A stretch of 64,000 nt of DNA from an uncultured delta proteobacterium (lineage in GTDB: Bacteria > Desulfobacterota > Binatia > DP-6). Positions 54,978-64,000 of this stretch are shown in pieces. Below the pieces are notes generated by a model. That model searched no databases, was not told the origin of the DNA, and saw nothing but the letters and a program-made list of their open reading frames with translations. The position numbers and the translations under genes are program-made. The stretch is from the NCBI GenBank assembly GCA_963815115.1, contig CAWFFN010000005.1:1632001-1696000 (forward strand), given 5' to 3'. Numbering within the stretch: the stretch's first letter is position 1; every line of letters starts with the position of its first letter.

Positions 54978-56246
54978 TCAGCGGAACAGCCATCCGGAGA
55001 AGATCAGGAGCCCGAAGCAGAAGAGGTTGACGGTGAGGACGATGCCGGCGACGTGACCCAGGCGGCCCTCCGGGAGCACGCGGCGGCGCTTGTTCCAGCG
55101 CTCGACGACGTCGTAAGCCACCAGCATCGCCCCCTGGTAGAGGCCGTACACGACGTACTGCGGCTGCAGCCCGTGCCAGCAGCCCATCAGGCCCATCGTC
55201 AGCATGAGGCCGACGTGATGGGCGCGCTGGCGGTTGCCGCCGAACCAGCGATGACGGGCGGCGGTCAGCATGAACCGCATGTAGACGTGGTCGCGCAGCC
55301 ACCAGGAGAGCGTGATGTGCCAGCGGTCCCACATCTCGCGGAAGTTGCGGCTCAGGAACGGGGCGTTGAAGTTCTCCGGCACACGGACGCCGAAGAAATG
55401 GCCGACGCCGATGGCGAACGCGCTGTACCCGGCGAAGTCGAAGAAGAGGTAGAGGCTGAAGGCGTACATGTAGCTGATGCTCGCCGCCAGCCCGGAGTGA
55501 TGCGCGGCGGGCGCCAGCCAGTGCTGGTACACGAGCGCCGCGACGATGAACTTGTAGAGGAAGCCCTGCGCGATGCGCTGGATGCCCGCCTCGACGTTGC
55601 GCAGGGCGCCGAACCCCCGGGGCGGGAGCGCATCGAGCTCGCTCGTGAAGTGATGGAAGCGGTCGATCGGCCCGGCGCTGACGGTCGGGGCGAAGAGCAG
55701 GTAGCTCGCCACGTCCGTCGCCCTGGGCATTCCCGTGACGACGCCGTCGCGGAGCACGACGATGGCGTCCACCACCCGGAGCGCCATGTACGAGATGCCG
55801 AGGAAGCCGAAGGCGTCGAAGAATCCGGTCGTGACGGCCGGAACGCCGGGCACCGCGGCGCCCTGCTTGACCGCGCCGCTCGCCGGTGCCGCGAGCAGCA
55901 ACCCGTGCAGCACGGGGTAGACCTTCAGCGCGACGAGCGGAGCGAGCGCGAGCGCGACGGCGGCGTAGAACGGCGCACCGCCGGCGTGCCGTCGCCGGAT
56001 GGCGGCATACGCCAGCACCAGCGCCACGCTTCCCGCGGCGTAGGCGGTGAGGAAGCCGAGCTGTCCGAACCCCGTGACCGGCGATCCTGCGAGACCCAGC
56101 GGGTCGCCGTACTGGAAGAGCAGGATCGCGATGCTGGCGAGCAGGACGACCGGGCGCCGGAGCAGGCCGAGCAGCGCCAGGACCACCAGCGCAGCCAGCG
56201 GGTAGAGGAGGAACAGGAAGTAGTGGAGATCGACGTACGGCGTCAC
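54978..56246 (-). CDS. dltB: D-alanyl transfer MBOAT protein DltB
   Basis: FLGISY, FAPTVSAGPIDRF, LFFDFAGYS.FA, PENF..PF, WHITLS.W.RD.VYMRF and MG.WHG motifs. Confidence 0.92.
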   Translation of the reverse strand: MTPYVDLHYFLFLLYPLAALVVLALLGLLRRPVVLLASIAILLFQYGDPLGLAGSPVTGFGQLGFLTAYAAGSVALVLAYAAIRRRHAGGAPFYAAVALALAPLVALKVYPVLHGLLLAAPASGAVKQGAAVPGVPAVTTGFFDAFGFLGISYMALRVVDAIVVLRDGVVTGMPRATDVASYLLFAPTVSAGPIDRFHHFTSELDALPPRGFGALRNVEAGIQRIAQGFLYKFIVAALVYQHWLAPAAHHSGLAASISYMYAFSLYLFFDFAGYSAFAIGVGHFFGVRVPENFNAPFLSRNFREMWDRWHITLSWWLRDHVYMRFMLTAARHRWFGGNRQRAHHVGLMLTMGLMGCWHGLQPQYVVYGLYQGAMLVAYDVVERWNKRRRVLPEGRLGHVAGIVLTVNLFCFGLLIFSGWLFR

Positions 56247-57814
56247 CCCAGCGTCTCGCGGAGGGCGCGCCTGTCGACCTTGCCATTGCTGGTCAGCGGC
56301 AGCGCCGGCACGCGCCGCACGAGGCGCGGGAGGGCGTAGTCCGGGAGCGACTCGGCCAGGGCGGCACGCACGCGCTGGGTGAGCGGCCTGCCGCCGTCCG
56401 GCAGCGCCGACGGGTCGCCGGGCGTCCCGACGACCACCGCCACGAGATGGTCTGGCCGCCCGTCGCGATCGATGGCCAGCACGGCGCCGTCCGAGACGCC
56501 CGGGACCACCCGCAGGTGTGCCTCGATCTCCTCGAGCTCGAGGCGATAGCCGTGCAGCTTGATCTGGCCGTCCAGCCGCCCCGCGCACGCGATCGAGCCG
56601 TCGCCGGGGTCGATGGAGCCGAGGTCGCCCGTCCGGTAGGCGCGCCGGCCGTCCGGGAGCGTGAAGAACGGGCTCGGCGCCGCGTCTCCGGCATGCAGAT
56701 AGCCTGCCGCGACCTGCGGTCCCGCGATGACGATCTCGCCGCGCGTGCCGTCCGGAAGACGCCGCAGCGGATCGTCGGGGTCGGCGATCCAGAGGTCGAT
56801 GTCGGGTGCCGCCCGCCCGACCGGGAGCGGCCGGTCCGACGCGACCATCGCTGCGGTGATGCGGACGTCGGTGACGGCGACCGTCGTCTCGGTCGGACCG
56901 TACATGTTCCACACCTCGGCGCGGGGAAAGCGGGCGAGCAGCTGGCGTGCGACGCCGACCGGGAGCGTCTCGCCGCAGAAGAGGAAGCGGCGCAGCGCCG
57001 GCAGCATGTCCTGTGCGAAGCGCGGCTCCGCCAGGCAGAAGCGGGCGAAGGACGGCGTGGAGACCCACACCGTGAGGGGCGCGCCGTCGAGGCGGCGGAA
57101 GAGACGGCGGGGATCGACGAGCTCGTCGCGGCTGATCGCGAAGAAGGTGCTGCCGGTGAGGAGCGCGCCGTACAGGTCCATGACGGAGAGGTCGAAGCTC
57201 AGCGGCGCCTGGTTCAGGAAGACCTCGCCGCCCGGAACGAACCCGTGGGTCGCCAGCAACCAGTCGGCGAAGTGGCCGAGCGCCCGGTGCGGGATCGGGA
57301 CGCCCTTCGGAACGCCGGTGGTCCCCGAGGTGAAGACGATGTACGCGGGCGTTTCCGCATCGGCCGCCGCGGGCTCCGTGGCCGGGGCGGGACGCTCGGC
57401 CTCCGCGGCGAGGCCGGCAGCCAGCGGATCGAGCGTGAAGCGACGGATCCCGCGTGCCGCCAGCTCTCCGGCGAGCGCGGGCGGCGCCTCCTGCGCGAGC
57501 ACGGCGTCGGCGGGGGACGCCGCCGCCAGCATGCGCGAGATCCGCGCCGGGGGCGCGGAGGGATCGACGGGAACGTAGGGTCGGCCGAGCCGGAGCGCCG
57601 CCAGGATGCCGACGATCGCCGCAGGCTGCTTGTGCCCGTAGACCAGCACCGGAGCGGTGCCGGGGCCGACGCGGGCCGCCAGGCGACGCGCGCGATCCAG
57701 CAACTCGGCGTAGCTGAGCGCTCCCTCGGGGCCGACCACTGCCCGCCGCTCGAGGTCCGGCGCGGCGGCAATGCGGGCGAAGAGCGAGCCTATGGCACGC
57801 GCTGCGAACGGCAT
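56243..57814 (-). CDS. dltA: D-alanine--D-alanyl carrier protein ligase DltA
   Basis: YGHK, FTSGTTGVPKGV, NQAPLSFDLSVMD, WVSTPSF, FCGE, YGPTE and QIKLHGYRLELEEIE motifs. Confidence 0.93.
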   Translation of the reverse strand: MPFAARAIGSLFARIAAAPDLERRAVVGPEGALSYAELLDRARRLAARVGPGTAPVLVYGHKQPAAIVGILAALRLGRPYVPVDPSAPPARISRMLAAASPADAVLAQEAPPALAGELAARGIRRFTLDPLAAGLAAEAERPAPATEPAAADAETPAYIVFTSGTTGVPKGVPIPHRALGHFADWLLATHGFVPGGEVFLNQAPLSFDLSVMDLYGALLTGSTFFAISRDELVDPRRLFRRLDGAPLTVWVSTPSFARFCLAEPRFAQDMLPALRRFLFCGETLPVGVARQLLARFPRAEVWNMYGPTETTVAVTDVRITAAMVASDRPLPVGRAAPDIDLWIADPDDPLRRLPDGTRGEIVIAGPQVAAGYLHAGDAAPSPFFTLPDGRRAYRTGDLGSIDPGDGSIACAGRLDGQIKLHGYRLELEEIEAHLRVVPGVSDGAVLAIDRDGRPDHLVAVVVGTPGDPSALPDGGRPLTQRVRAALAESLPDYALPRLVRRVPALPLTSNGKVDRRALRETLG

Positions 57815-57836
57815 CTCTCGAGGCGCCGCCGCGGCG

Positions 57837-58007
57837 TCAGAACTCCTGGTAGATGAAGGGCGGTGGCTTGAACTGCCGCTCGCCGTGGATCGCCGCGACG
57901 CCGGCGATGATGCCGAGGTAGTAGAGCGTCAGCGCGATGAACCGCACCGCGTCCGACGCCCAGGCGCGTCGCACTCGCTGCTCGGCACGCTGGACGGCGC
58001 CCATCAT
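57837..58007 (-). CDS. dltX: DltX small membrane protein
   Basis: RFIALTLYY.. TM helix ending FIYQEF (DltX C-terminal motif). ATGA overlap with dltC. Confidence 0.8.
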   Translation of the reverse strand: MMGAVQRAEQRVRRAWASDAVRFIALTLYYLGIIAGVAAIHGERQFKPPPFIYQEF

Positions 58008-58300
58008 CCGGCGCTTCCTTCGGAGCTTCCTTGCGACATCCGTCGCTCGATGTCGGCGACCAGCGCGCGCGGCGTCTCCCACGCTCCGCGGTCGAACTCC
58101 GCCGGCGAGATGGTCAGCCCGAAATTCTCCTCGAATGCGACGATGAGGCTGACGGTGGCGAGGGAATCGAGCAGGCCCGACGTGTAGAGCGGCAGGTCAG
58201 GGTCGGCGAGCACCCCCTCGTCGCCGGTCACCTGCTGCAGGATGGCGAGGGCGCGCTCGCCCACGTCCGAGCGGTCCCGGGCAGTACCGTTCGCCGTCAT
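58004..58300 (-). CDS. dltC: D-alanyl carrier protein DltC
   Basis: GLLDSLATVSL phosphopantetheine site and ISPAEFDR..W.TP. Confidence 0.9.
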   Translation of the reverse strand: MTANGTARDRSDVGERALAILQQVTGDEGVLADPDLPLYTSGLLDSLATVSLIVAFEENFGLTISPAEFDRGAWETPRALVADIERRMSQGSSEGSAG

Positions 58301-59718
58301 CGCGATCCGGAGCCTCGCACACGGGCGCGCCGCTCCCACGTGGTGGCCGTTCGGGGCGGCGGTACGTCCTGGGCCAGGGTGTCGAGCGCGGCACGGATCT
58401 CGTCGTTCGACTTTCCATGCCAGAACATGTCCAGCGCCCGGTCCGCGAAGGTCCAGCCGCGCGGGCTCAAGTGCGCTCCGGTATCGGTCATGAAGAAGAT
58501 ATCCTCGTCCGCGGATCGAAAGTCGAGCCAGGGTACTCGCAGCTTCGACAGCTCCCGTTCCCAGCGATCGTAGTACGCCCGTCGCGCGGTGGCAGAGATC
58601 GGCGTGTAGTCGTCGTAGACCCCCGGGAGCGGCATGGTCCAGACGAACGGCTGTGCGCCGAGCTCGCGCAGGACGGCCACGGCGAGGCCCAGATCCGACC
58701 ACTCGGTCGACCTGGACATGCTGTCCTGCCACGCGGCCGGTGGCGGATAGCTCTGGCCGTCGCGGTTGGTCGATCCGTTCCGGTAGAGCGCGAGCGCGCC
58801 CATGATGTCGCCCTTCTTGAGCAGGCGCGCGTAGGTCTCGTTCGGGAAGCCGAAAGGATTGGTCGAATCGCGGCGATCGGCGATCTTGGTACCGCGCGCC
58901 GCCAGGGTGGGCCAGTCGAAGCGTCTCCGCCGGACGAGCGACGGTGGCGCCGGGGAGCGCAGGCGGCGGACGAAGCGTCGCACCAGCCTGGCGCCGCGAA
59001 CCCGTTCGATCCAGGCTTCCAGACGGCCGACCGGCACGAGCGCCCGGTACGTCGCGAGGTGCAGCGGCGTCGGGTCGGCGAGCGCACGCACGGCCGCGCC
59101 CAGCACCGGGTCGTCGGCAAGCGTTTCGGGAAAGTCGAGCATGCGGCGGGCAATGGCCTCGCGCAGGGCCGGCGAGATAGGCGATTCGAAGATGAAGGTC
59201 CGGGCGACCTCGGGCGAGTAGTTGAGGGAATAGGAGCGCAGGTCGACCGCGCTCGCGTTGGAGAACCAGGGGGGCGAGTCGATGATCACCAGCTTCCTGC
59301 CCTCGAGCGCCCGTCCGAGGGCTGCGAACGTCTGGGCGAAGAGCAGGTTCCCGATGCCGTAGCGACCGAGCGCGAAGACGTCGAATCCCGTCGGCTGCGA
59401 TGCGAAGAGCTGCGTCGGGCGATAGGGGTCGCCGCAGCAGTACAGCTCCGAGCTGCCGTAGATCGGAAGCGTGTGGCCGGTCGCGAGCGCGGCGCGCTGG
59501 AAGGGAAGGGTGAGGAACTTGATCGGCGCACGCAGCCCGGCCACGGAACGCTGGTAGCGGCTCGCCTCGTGGAACGCCTGGACCTGCCAGCTCCACGACA
59601 CGGCGACGGCGATGGCGACGGCGAGCGCGGCTGCGAGGACGCCGACCGGACGGCGTACGGAGACGGTCGCCGGGCCGATCCCGGCCCGCACCCCTCCTGG
59701 AGTCCTCGTCGCGTTCAT
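58297..59718 (-). CDS. dltD: D-alanyl transfer protein DltD
   Basis: N-terminal TM, PIYGSSEL, SP.WF and D..HL..RGW motifs. An alternative start lies at 59784. Confidence 0.85.
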   Translation of the reverse strand: MNATRTPGGVRAGIGPATVSVRRPVGVLAAALAVAIAVAVSWSWQVQAFHEASRYQRSVAGLRAPIKFLTLPFQRAALATGHTLPIYGSSELYCCGDPYRPTQLFASQPTGFDVFALGRYGIGNLLFAQTFAALGRALEGRKLVIIDSPPWFSNASAVDLRSYSLNYSPEVARTFIFESPISPALREAIARRMLDFPETLADDPVLGAAVRALADPTPLHLATYRALVPVGRLEAWIERVRGARLVRRFVRRLRSPAPPSLVRRRRFDWPTLAARGTKIADRRDSTNPFGFPNETYARLLKKGDIMGALALYRNGSTNRDGQSYPPPAAWQDSMSRSTEWSDLGLAVAVLRELGAQPFVWTMPLPGVYDDYTPISATARRAYYDRWERELSKLRVPWLDFRSADEDIFFMTDTGAHLSPRGWTFADRALDMFWHGKSNDEIRAALDTLAQDVPPPRTATTWERRARVRGSGSR

Positions 59719-59959
59719 CCCCCGCTGTGCCTCCCGCGCGACCACCCGGCCGACTGCACCTCGCCTCGACGGAGTCCGGGACATTCCCGGCTCATCGCCG
59801 GCACGTCTCCTGTCCGTCGAAAAGCAACGAGCATGCCAGGATACCGGCGGCGACCTCGCCCCTCATCCAGGGGTTTTCGGGGCAGAGCCGGGGCGTTGCG
59901 ACGCTCTCGGCGTGGCACTTTGCCCCGTGCCTAGGGGGCGGCTCGAGCAAGATATGCAC

Positions 59960-60940
59960 TCACCAGCGGTGATGGACGTGCGCGCGGACGTACCGGTCGT
60001 AGATCTCGCGGCAGGCGTCCATGGTGTCGGCGTCCAGGGGCGGGAGCGCGGCGGCGGCAAAGTTGTCCGCCGCCTGGGCGGGACCCCTGCACCCGGGAAT
60101 GGCGATGGTGACGGCGTCATGCATCAGGATCCAGCGAAGGGCGAGCTGCGCAAGCGTGGCGCCGGACGGAACGAGGGGGCGAAGCGCATCGACGGCCCGG
60201 GCGGCGGCATCGAGCGGGACGCCCGAGAAGGTTTCGCCGACGTCGAACGCTTCGCCGCGGCGGTTGAACGTCCGGTGGTCGTCGGCGGGGAAGGTCGTGT
60301 CGGGCGTGATGCGGCCCGAGAGCAGCCCGCTGGCGAGCGGGACGCGGGCGATGATCGCGACCCCGCGCTCGCTGGCGGCGGGAAAGAGCTCCTCCGCGGG
60401 GCGCTGGCGGAACAGGTTGAAGATGATCTGGATCGACTGGACGCCCGGATATCGCAGGGCGAGGAGGGCCTCGTCGATGCGCTCGACGGAGACGCCGTAG
60501 TGGCGGATGCGGCCATCGCGGACGAGGTCGTCCAGGAGCCGGAACACGCGATCGTCGCGATAGAGGTCGGTGGGAGGGCAGTGGAGCTGGAGGAGATCGA
60601 GCGCCTCGACGCCGAGCCGGCGGCGGCTGCGATCCACCCAGGAAGCGAGGTTGTCGCGCGAGTAGCCGCCGACGGTCTGCTCCGGCAAGCGGCGGCCCGC
60701 CTTCGTGGCGACGAGGACCTCGGGCCGCCGCGCGCGACCCACCAGGGTTTCGCTGTGCCCGTCGCCGTAGACGTCGGCGGTGTCGATGAAGGTCACCCCG
60801 AGGTCCATCGCCCGTTCGAGGGCGGCGAGCGAGGTGGCGTCGTCGGTGGCGCCCCACGATCCGCCGATGGCCCAGGCCCCGAAGCCGAGCCTGGAAACGT
60901 GGCGGCCGGTGCGACCGAAGGGGACGGTCGGTATCGCCAT
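59960..60940 (-). CDS. Aldo/keto reductase
   Basis: LGFGAWAIGG, IDTADVYGDG, ATK, LLQLHCP and PLASGLL motifs. Confidence 0.93.
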   Translation of the reverse strand: MAIPTVPFGRTGRHVSRLGFGAWAIGGSWGATDDATSLAALERAMDLGVTFIDTADVYGDGHSETLVGRARRPEVLVATKAGRRLPEQTVGGYSRDNLASWVDRSRRRLGVEALDLLQLHCPPTDLYRDDRVFRLLDDLVRDGRIRHYGVSVERIDEALLALRYPGVQSIQIIFNLFRQRPAEELFPAASERGVAIIARVPLASGLLSGRITPDTTFPADDHRTFNRRGEAFDVGETFSGVPLDAAARAVDALRPLVPSGATLAQLALRWILMHDAVTIAIPGCRGPAQAADNFAAAALPPLDADTMDACREIYDRYVRAHVHHRW

Positions 60941-60951
60941 CGTGGCGTGAC

Positions 60952-61671
60952 TCAGCGTCGCCGGCCGAGCGTCGAGCGCACGCGCTCCTTCGTCTCGGGC
61001 GCGCACCACGCCGGGACCAGCTGCTCGCGGAAGTACCGGCGCTCGTCGTCGGACAGGGCGAGCGTTCCGCTCCGCAGGGTCCGCTTCGTCGCCGCATACA
61101 CGGCGGGCGGATGTGCCGAGAGGCGCTCCAGGCAAGCACGAGCGCTCGTGGTGACGTCGTCGGCGAGCTCGTCCACCAGCCCGAGGCCCAGCGCCGTCCG
61201 CGGGTCGTACAGACCGCCTTCGAGCACGACGCGCTGGATCGCGTGCGCGGGGATTCGCTGCCGGGCCAGCGCCATGATCTTGGGTGGGAACTCGAGGCCG
61301 AGCGCCACCTCGTTCAGGCCGATGCGGATGCGCGGATCGTTCGCCGCGATGCGCATGTCGCAGCACAGCGCGACGACGCATCCACCCGCGATCGCGTGCC
61401 CGTTGACGGCGGCTACCATGACGCCCGGATAGCCGTACAGGGCGTCGATGAGGTCATCGAGCAGGAGGAGGTATCGCTCCATGCCCGGTCGATCGAGCGC
61501 GGCGACCTCCTTCAGGTTCAGCCCGGCCGAGAAGGCGTCGCCGGCGCCGGTCACCAGCAGCGGCCGGCCGGCGGCCGCCCGGATCTCCGCCACGACGCTC
61601 TCCATCAGCGGGGTGGTGAGCGAATTCTTCCCCGGCCCGCTCAGCGTGAGCTCGTACGCGTCCATTGGCAT
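60952..61671 (-). CDS. Enoyl-CoA hydratase/isomerase family protein
   Basis: FSAGLNL, AAVNGHAIAGGC and IGLNEV motifs. Confidence 0.9.
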   Translation of the reverse strand: MPMDAYELTLSGPGKNSLTTPLMESVVAEIRAAAGRPLLVTGAGDAFSAGLNLKEVAALDRPGMERYLLLLDDLIDALYGYPGVMVAAVNGHAIAGGCVVALCCDMRIAANDPRIRIGLNEVALGLEFPPKIMALARQRIPAHAIQRVVLEGGLYDPRTALGLGLVDELADDVTTSARACLERLSAHPPAVYAATKRTLRSGTLALSDDERRYFREQLVPAWCAPETKERVRSTLGRRR

Positions 61672-61760
61672 GCGGCGTTTCTAGCGCGGGCGAAGATCTA
61701 GTTCCACGGCGGATGACTCGCCCGTGGCACGGGAGCCTCGGCGGTCTTCCCGCGACCTAT

Positions 61761-62483
61761 TCAGCCGCGTCGCGGGCGGAGGGGGCCGACCGTCACCACC
61801 CGGTTCCGGCCCGCCGCGACGTCGATGCGCTGTTCGTACTCCTCGTAGCCGTCGGCACGGACCGCGATGGTGTGGAAGCCCGCGGGCAGCGCGAGCCAGC
61901 GACCGCTCAGGTTGCGCCCGTCGAGCCAGCGACGCCCATCGAGGTCGACCGTCGCGCTCTCGGGAACGCCACGCAGCTGAATCAGGCCGTAGCTCGAGTC
62001 GTCATCCGCGGCGGCGTCGGCCTCAGCGGCGAGGCCGGGCTGGTCGGAGGGAAGCTGCGCGGCCGCTGGAGGGATGCTCGATTGATCGGGCGCCGGAGCC
62101 TGGGTCCCGGGGGGCGGGTAGTCCGGGGCGCCCGCGTCGTACGGCGGCGGATAGCCGTAGCCGTAGCCTCCATAGGGGTATGGATAGGGGTAGGGGTACG
62201 CGCCGTATGGGTAGCCCCAGTAGTAGGGCCAGCCGAAGAAGGGCGAGCCGTACAGGAAACCGCCGCCCACGACGAAGCGCGGTCCGAAGAACCCGCGATG
62301 GCCGTACCAACCGGAGTGGCCCCATCCCCCATGCCCGCCACCCCATCCGCCGTGGCCACCGCCCCACCCGCCGTGGCCGCCACCCATCCCGCCTCCGCCG
62401 CGCGCGTCTCCAGCCGGCGGGGCGAGCAGCAGGACAGCCGCTGCGAGCAGCGCCGTCGCAATTCGGCGCCAGCGGGCGGTCAT
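61761..62483 (-). CDS. Secreted Gly/His/Trp- and Tyr/Pro-rich protein with a C-terminal PEGA domain
   Basis: Signal peptide, (GGGHGGW)x3, YPYPY tract, PEGA-like P..ATV.LDG...LPAG.HTI.V...GY. Confidence 0.75.
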   Translation of the reverse strand: MTARWRRIATALLAAAVLLLAPPAGDARGGGGMGGGHGGWGGGHGGWGGGHGGWGHSGWYGHRGFFGPRFVVGGGFLYGSPFFGWPYYWGYPYGAYPYPYPYPYGGYGYGYPPPYDAGAPDYPPPGTQAPAPDQSSIPPAAAQLPSDQPGLAAEADAAADDDSSYGLIQLRGVPESATVDLDGRRWLDGRNLSGRWLALPAGFHTIAVRADGYEEYEQRIDVAAGRNRVVTVGPLRPRRG

Positions 62484-62854
62484 GAGCCTTCTCCCGGCGG
62501 GGGTGCCGGAGGAGGAGCCGGGGGCGGCGGCGGAGGCCGGTGCTCGACGCCGCCCTCGACGCCGTAGGTCATCGCGCGGGTGAGCACCTCGACCGGCGCC
62601 ACCAGTGCGTAATAGAGGCCGTAGCGCAGAACGAGCCCCGTGACATAGAAGGGTGCATAGATGGCCCGCATCATCGGTGACAGCGGGGGAGGATTGGGGT
62701 CGATGACGCGTGGTGGCGGATACGCGGCCTGTGGCGGTGGCGCGGACTGCGGGTACGGGGGGTAGGGTGGATACGGGCCGGCCGCGCCCGCTGGTGCCGC
62801 GAGGATGGCGGCGGCCAGCACGATGGCCGCGGTGCGACGATCGAGCATGGTCAT
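62480..62854 (-). CDS. Small Pro-rich secreted/membrane hypothetical protein
   Basis: Signal peptide. ATGA overlaps on both sides. Confidence 0.6.
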   Translation of the reverse strand: MTMLDRRTAAIVLAAAILAAPAGAAGPYPPYPPYPQSAPPPQAAYPPPRVIDPNPPPLSPMMRAIYAPFYVTGLVLRYGLYYALVAPVEVLTRAMTYGVEGGVEHRPPPPPPAPPPAPPPGEGS

Positions 62855-63144
62855 TGGAGATGAGGCGGCATCCAGACCCGGACCGACTGCCCTGATGGAT
62901 TCTGGCGCCACTCCCAGTGTCCGGCAACCCAGCCAGGCGGAGGAACGCTCGACGGGCCATAGTAGGGATACGGGTAGGGATACGGATACGGGTAGGGATA
63001 GTACGGGTAGCCGAACGGATATCCCGGCACACCGAAGGCTCCGCCGACGACGACCCGCGGGCCTGCGAGCGCCGGGCCGGTCGCGAGCACCAGAATGATC
63101 GCGCCGATGCCGAGCGCGAGCCGCACGGGCCGGCTGCCTTTCAT
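62851..63144 (-). CDS. Small secreted Tyr/Pro-rich protein with a YXWGXW-like (WVAGHW) repeat
   Basis: Signal peptide, (YP)n tract, WVAGHWEW...VWMPPH. Confidence 0.65.
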   Translation of the reverse strand: MKGSRPVRLALGIGAIILVLATGPALAGPRVVVGGAFGVPGYPFGYPYYPYPYPYPYPYPYYGPSSVPPPGWVAGHWEWRQNPSGQSVRVWMPPHLQ

Positions 63145-63227
63145 GGTCTCGACAACCTAACACGTCGTTGCCGACAACGTTACACCGGTCGCGCTCGCGT
63201 TCCGGGACGCCTCCGCTCGCAAGGTGG

Positions 63228-64000
63228 TCACCGAGTCGCGGGCGGGTGCGAGGCGAAGAGGAGATGCCGACCCGCTCCCAGCTCGGAGAACGGACCAGCC
63301 TCCAGCACCTCCGGAACATGCGGGGCGTCGGTCACCACGAAGACCAGGCGTCGCCGGCGGAGCACGTGGCGGAGCTGGTCGATCCGGTCCAGCCGCCTGA
63401 CGGGACCGTCGTGATAGAAGCCCAGGGACGGGGCCTGGACCGCGTAGGCGATCACCGGAACCTGCCCGTCCGGAGCCGCCGCCGCGATCTGCCGGGCGAT
63501 CTCCCGGTCGCTCGCAATGCGGCCCAGGAGCGGCGCCGTCCGTCCATAGAAGGTGAGCGCCGCCACGATCCCGACGAGCGCGACGGCGGGAGCTGCGAGG
63601 TCGGCTCGCCGCGCCGCGACCGGGCCGAGCAGCAACGCGGCGATCAGCATGGCCGCGATCGGCGGGAGGGCCGCGGGTGCGAGCACCGGCGACCAGCGAT
63701 CGGCGCCGGAGCGAATCGCTGCGAGCGCCAGCAGCGCCGCGACTCCCCCGACCGCGAGGCCGCCGAGCACCAGGCGGCGCTCGGAGGATCGAGCCGACGC
63801 GGGCGGATCATGCGCCGTCACGAAGCGGCCGGTCAGCAGCGCGAGCGCCGGCATCGCGGGCAGCACGTAGGTCCCGAGGCCTCCTCGCGACAGGCTGAAG
63901 AAGCCGACGACGCCGAGCGCCCAGCAGACGCAGAACCACGATGCGTCGTCGTCGCGCCGCATGGCCAGCCGACGCCCCACCGCCGGCAGCATGAGCGTCC
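63228..64000 (-). CDS. ArnT-like GT-C glycosyltransferase, C-terminal part (5' end outside the window)
   Basis: FFSLS......YVLPAMPALAL, TM helices and PSL.FY soluble tail. Confidence 0.75.
   Translation of the reverse strand, partial: TLMLPAVGRRLAMRRDDDASWFCVCWALGVVGFFSLSRGGLGTYVLPAMPALALLTGRFVTAHDPPASARSSERRLVLGGLAVGGVAALLALAAIRSGADRWSPVLAPAALPPIAAMLIAALLLGPVAARRADLAAPAVALVGIVAALTFYGRTAPLLGRIASDREIARQIAAAAPDGQVPVIAYAVQAPSLGFYHDGPVRRLDRIDQLRHVLRRRRLVFVVTDAPHVPEVLEAGPFSELGAGRHLLFASHPPATR

Noticed and set aside
56243-58300. NRPS biosynthetic cluster (adenylation domain plus carrier protein)
   Set aside because: No condensation or thioesterase domain. DltB, DltD and DltX context and the DLSVMD signature identify a dlt operon.

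Overview
This is a very GC-rich bacterial window. The gene families and Cys-rich secreted proteins suggest a soil diderm such as Ca. Binatia, which is inference only. From left to right it contains: (i) a surface-glycan operon (GT2 x3, ABC exporter, methyltransferase, GT4) with a convergent GT-C; (ii) a YjgC/YrhE-type formate dehydrogenase module (fdh alpha, DUF1641, fdhD) next to a truncated FhlA-like GAF gene and a PAS histidine kinase; (iii) an operon of ECF sigma, double-zinc-finger anti-sigma and CHAT-protease/STAND-ATPase/TPR protein; (iv) an amidohydrolase and a KARI-SnoaL fusion; (v) a protein N-glycosylation locus with an STT3 oligosaccharyltransferase, a PglK-like ABC flippase, a eukaryotic ALG1-like beta-mannosyltransferase, a stand-alone MurG/ALG13-14-like GT28 and a WecA/ALG7-like GlcNAc-1-P transferase; (vi) a 2.9-kaa DUF11 surface protein; (vii) a complete but permuted dlt (D-alanylation) operon; (viii) assorted metabolic and small secreted genes. 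The strongest candidate novel system is the eukaryote-like lipid-linked oligosaccharide (Man-GlcNAc2-type) N-glycosylation locus, followed by the sigma/anti-sigma/CHAT-STAND module. No rRNA, tRNA, CRISPR array or transposase was recognised. Three +1 frameshifts may be assembly errors. All calls come from motif recognition by eye, without database searches.
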